DNA of 18,702 bases from a virus (taxonomy: Duplodnaviria; Heunggongvirae; Uroviricota; Caudoviricetes), in the IMG/VR virus record IMGVR_UViG_2690316273_000003, positions 1 through 18,702 of that record. The stretch is one strand, 5' to 3'. The notes under the pieces are model-generated. The model ran no database searches, was not told the origin of the DNA, and saw only the letters and a program-made list of their open reading frames with translations. The translations under genes were made by a program, and so were the position numbers. This document shows, in pieces, positions 18,658 through 18,702 of this stretch. Positions within the stretch are counted from its first letter, which is position 1; each line of letters begins with the position of its first letter.

Positions 18658-18702
18658 GTTAAGGTAGATACACATCTTGTCATATGATCAAATGGTTTCG
18701 CC

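Overview
This window reads as an accessory/early region of a P1-like (Punavirus-type) temperate phage or phage-plasmid from an enterobacterial host; that assignment is an inference from sequence motifs and gene content, not a database result. Left to right: a TerB-like gene with two tiny translationally coupled membrane peptides (P1 tciABC-like), a tRNA with CAU anticodon most similar to tRNA-Ile2, a DnaB-family replicative helicase very close to host DnaB (P1 Ban-like), and a GT-B glycosyltransferase translationally coupled to it. A bidirectional terminator (3884-3907) separates these from a six-gene minus-strand operon (8659 down to 3908) ending in baseplate hub-like and spike-like proteins. 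From 8806 onward a long plus-strand run encodes a Zn-ribbon protein, a VRR-NUC nuclease, two tandem MptE/GT42-like paralogs, a lambda-type Ser/Thr phosphatase, a DxD GT-A glycosyltransferase, a terminator-bounded two-gene cassette (72 aa plus 420 aa coiled-coil protein), a HAD-like phosphatase, an ASCH protein, two Ea22-like proteins, a secreted protein, a DUF551 protein and several small ORFs. Four good copies of the P1 C1 operator consensus (ATTGCTCTAATAAATTT) sit at transcription-unit boundaries. No CRISPR array, integrase, transposase or rRNA was seen. Most product calls rest on motif recognition by eye and need HMM or structure-based confirmation.
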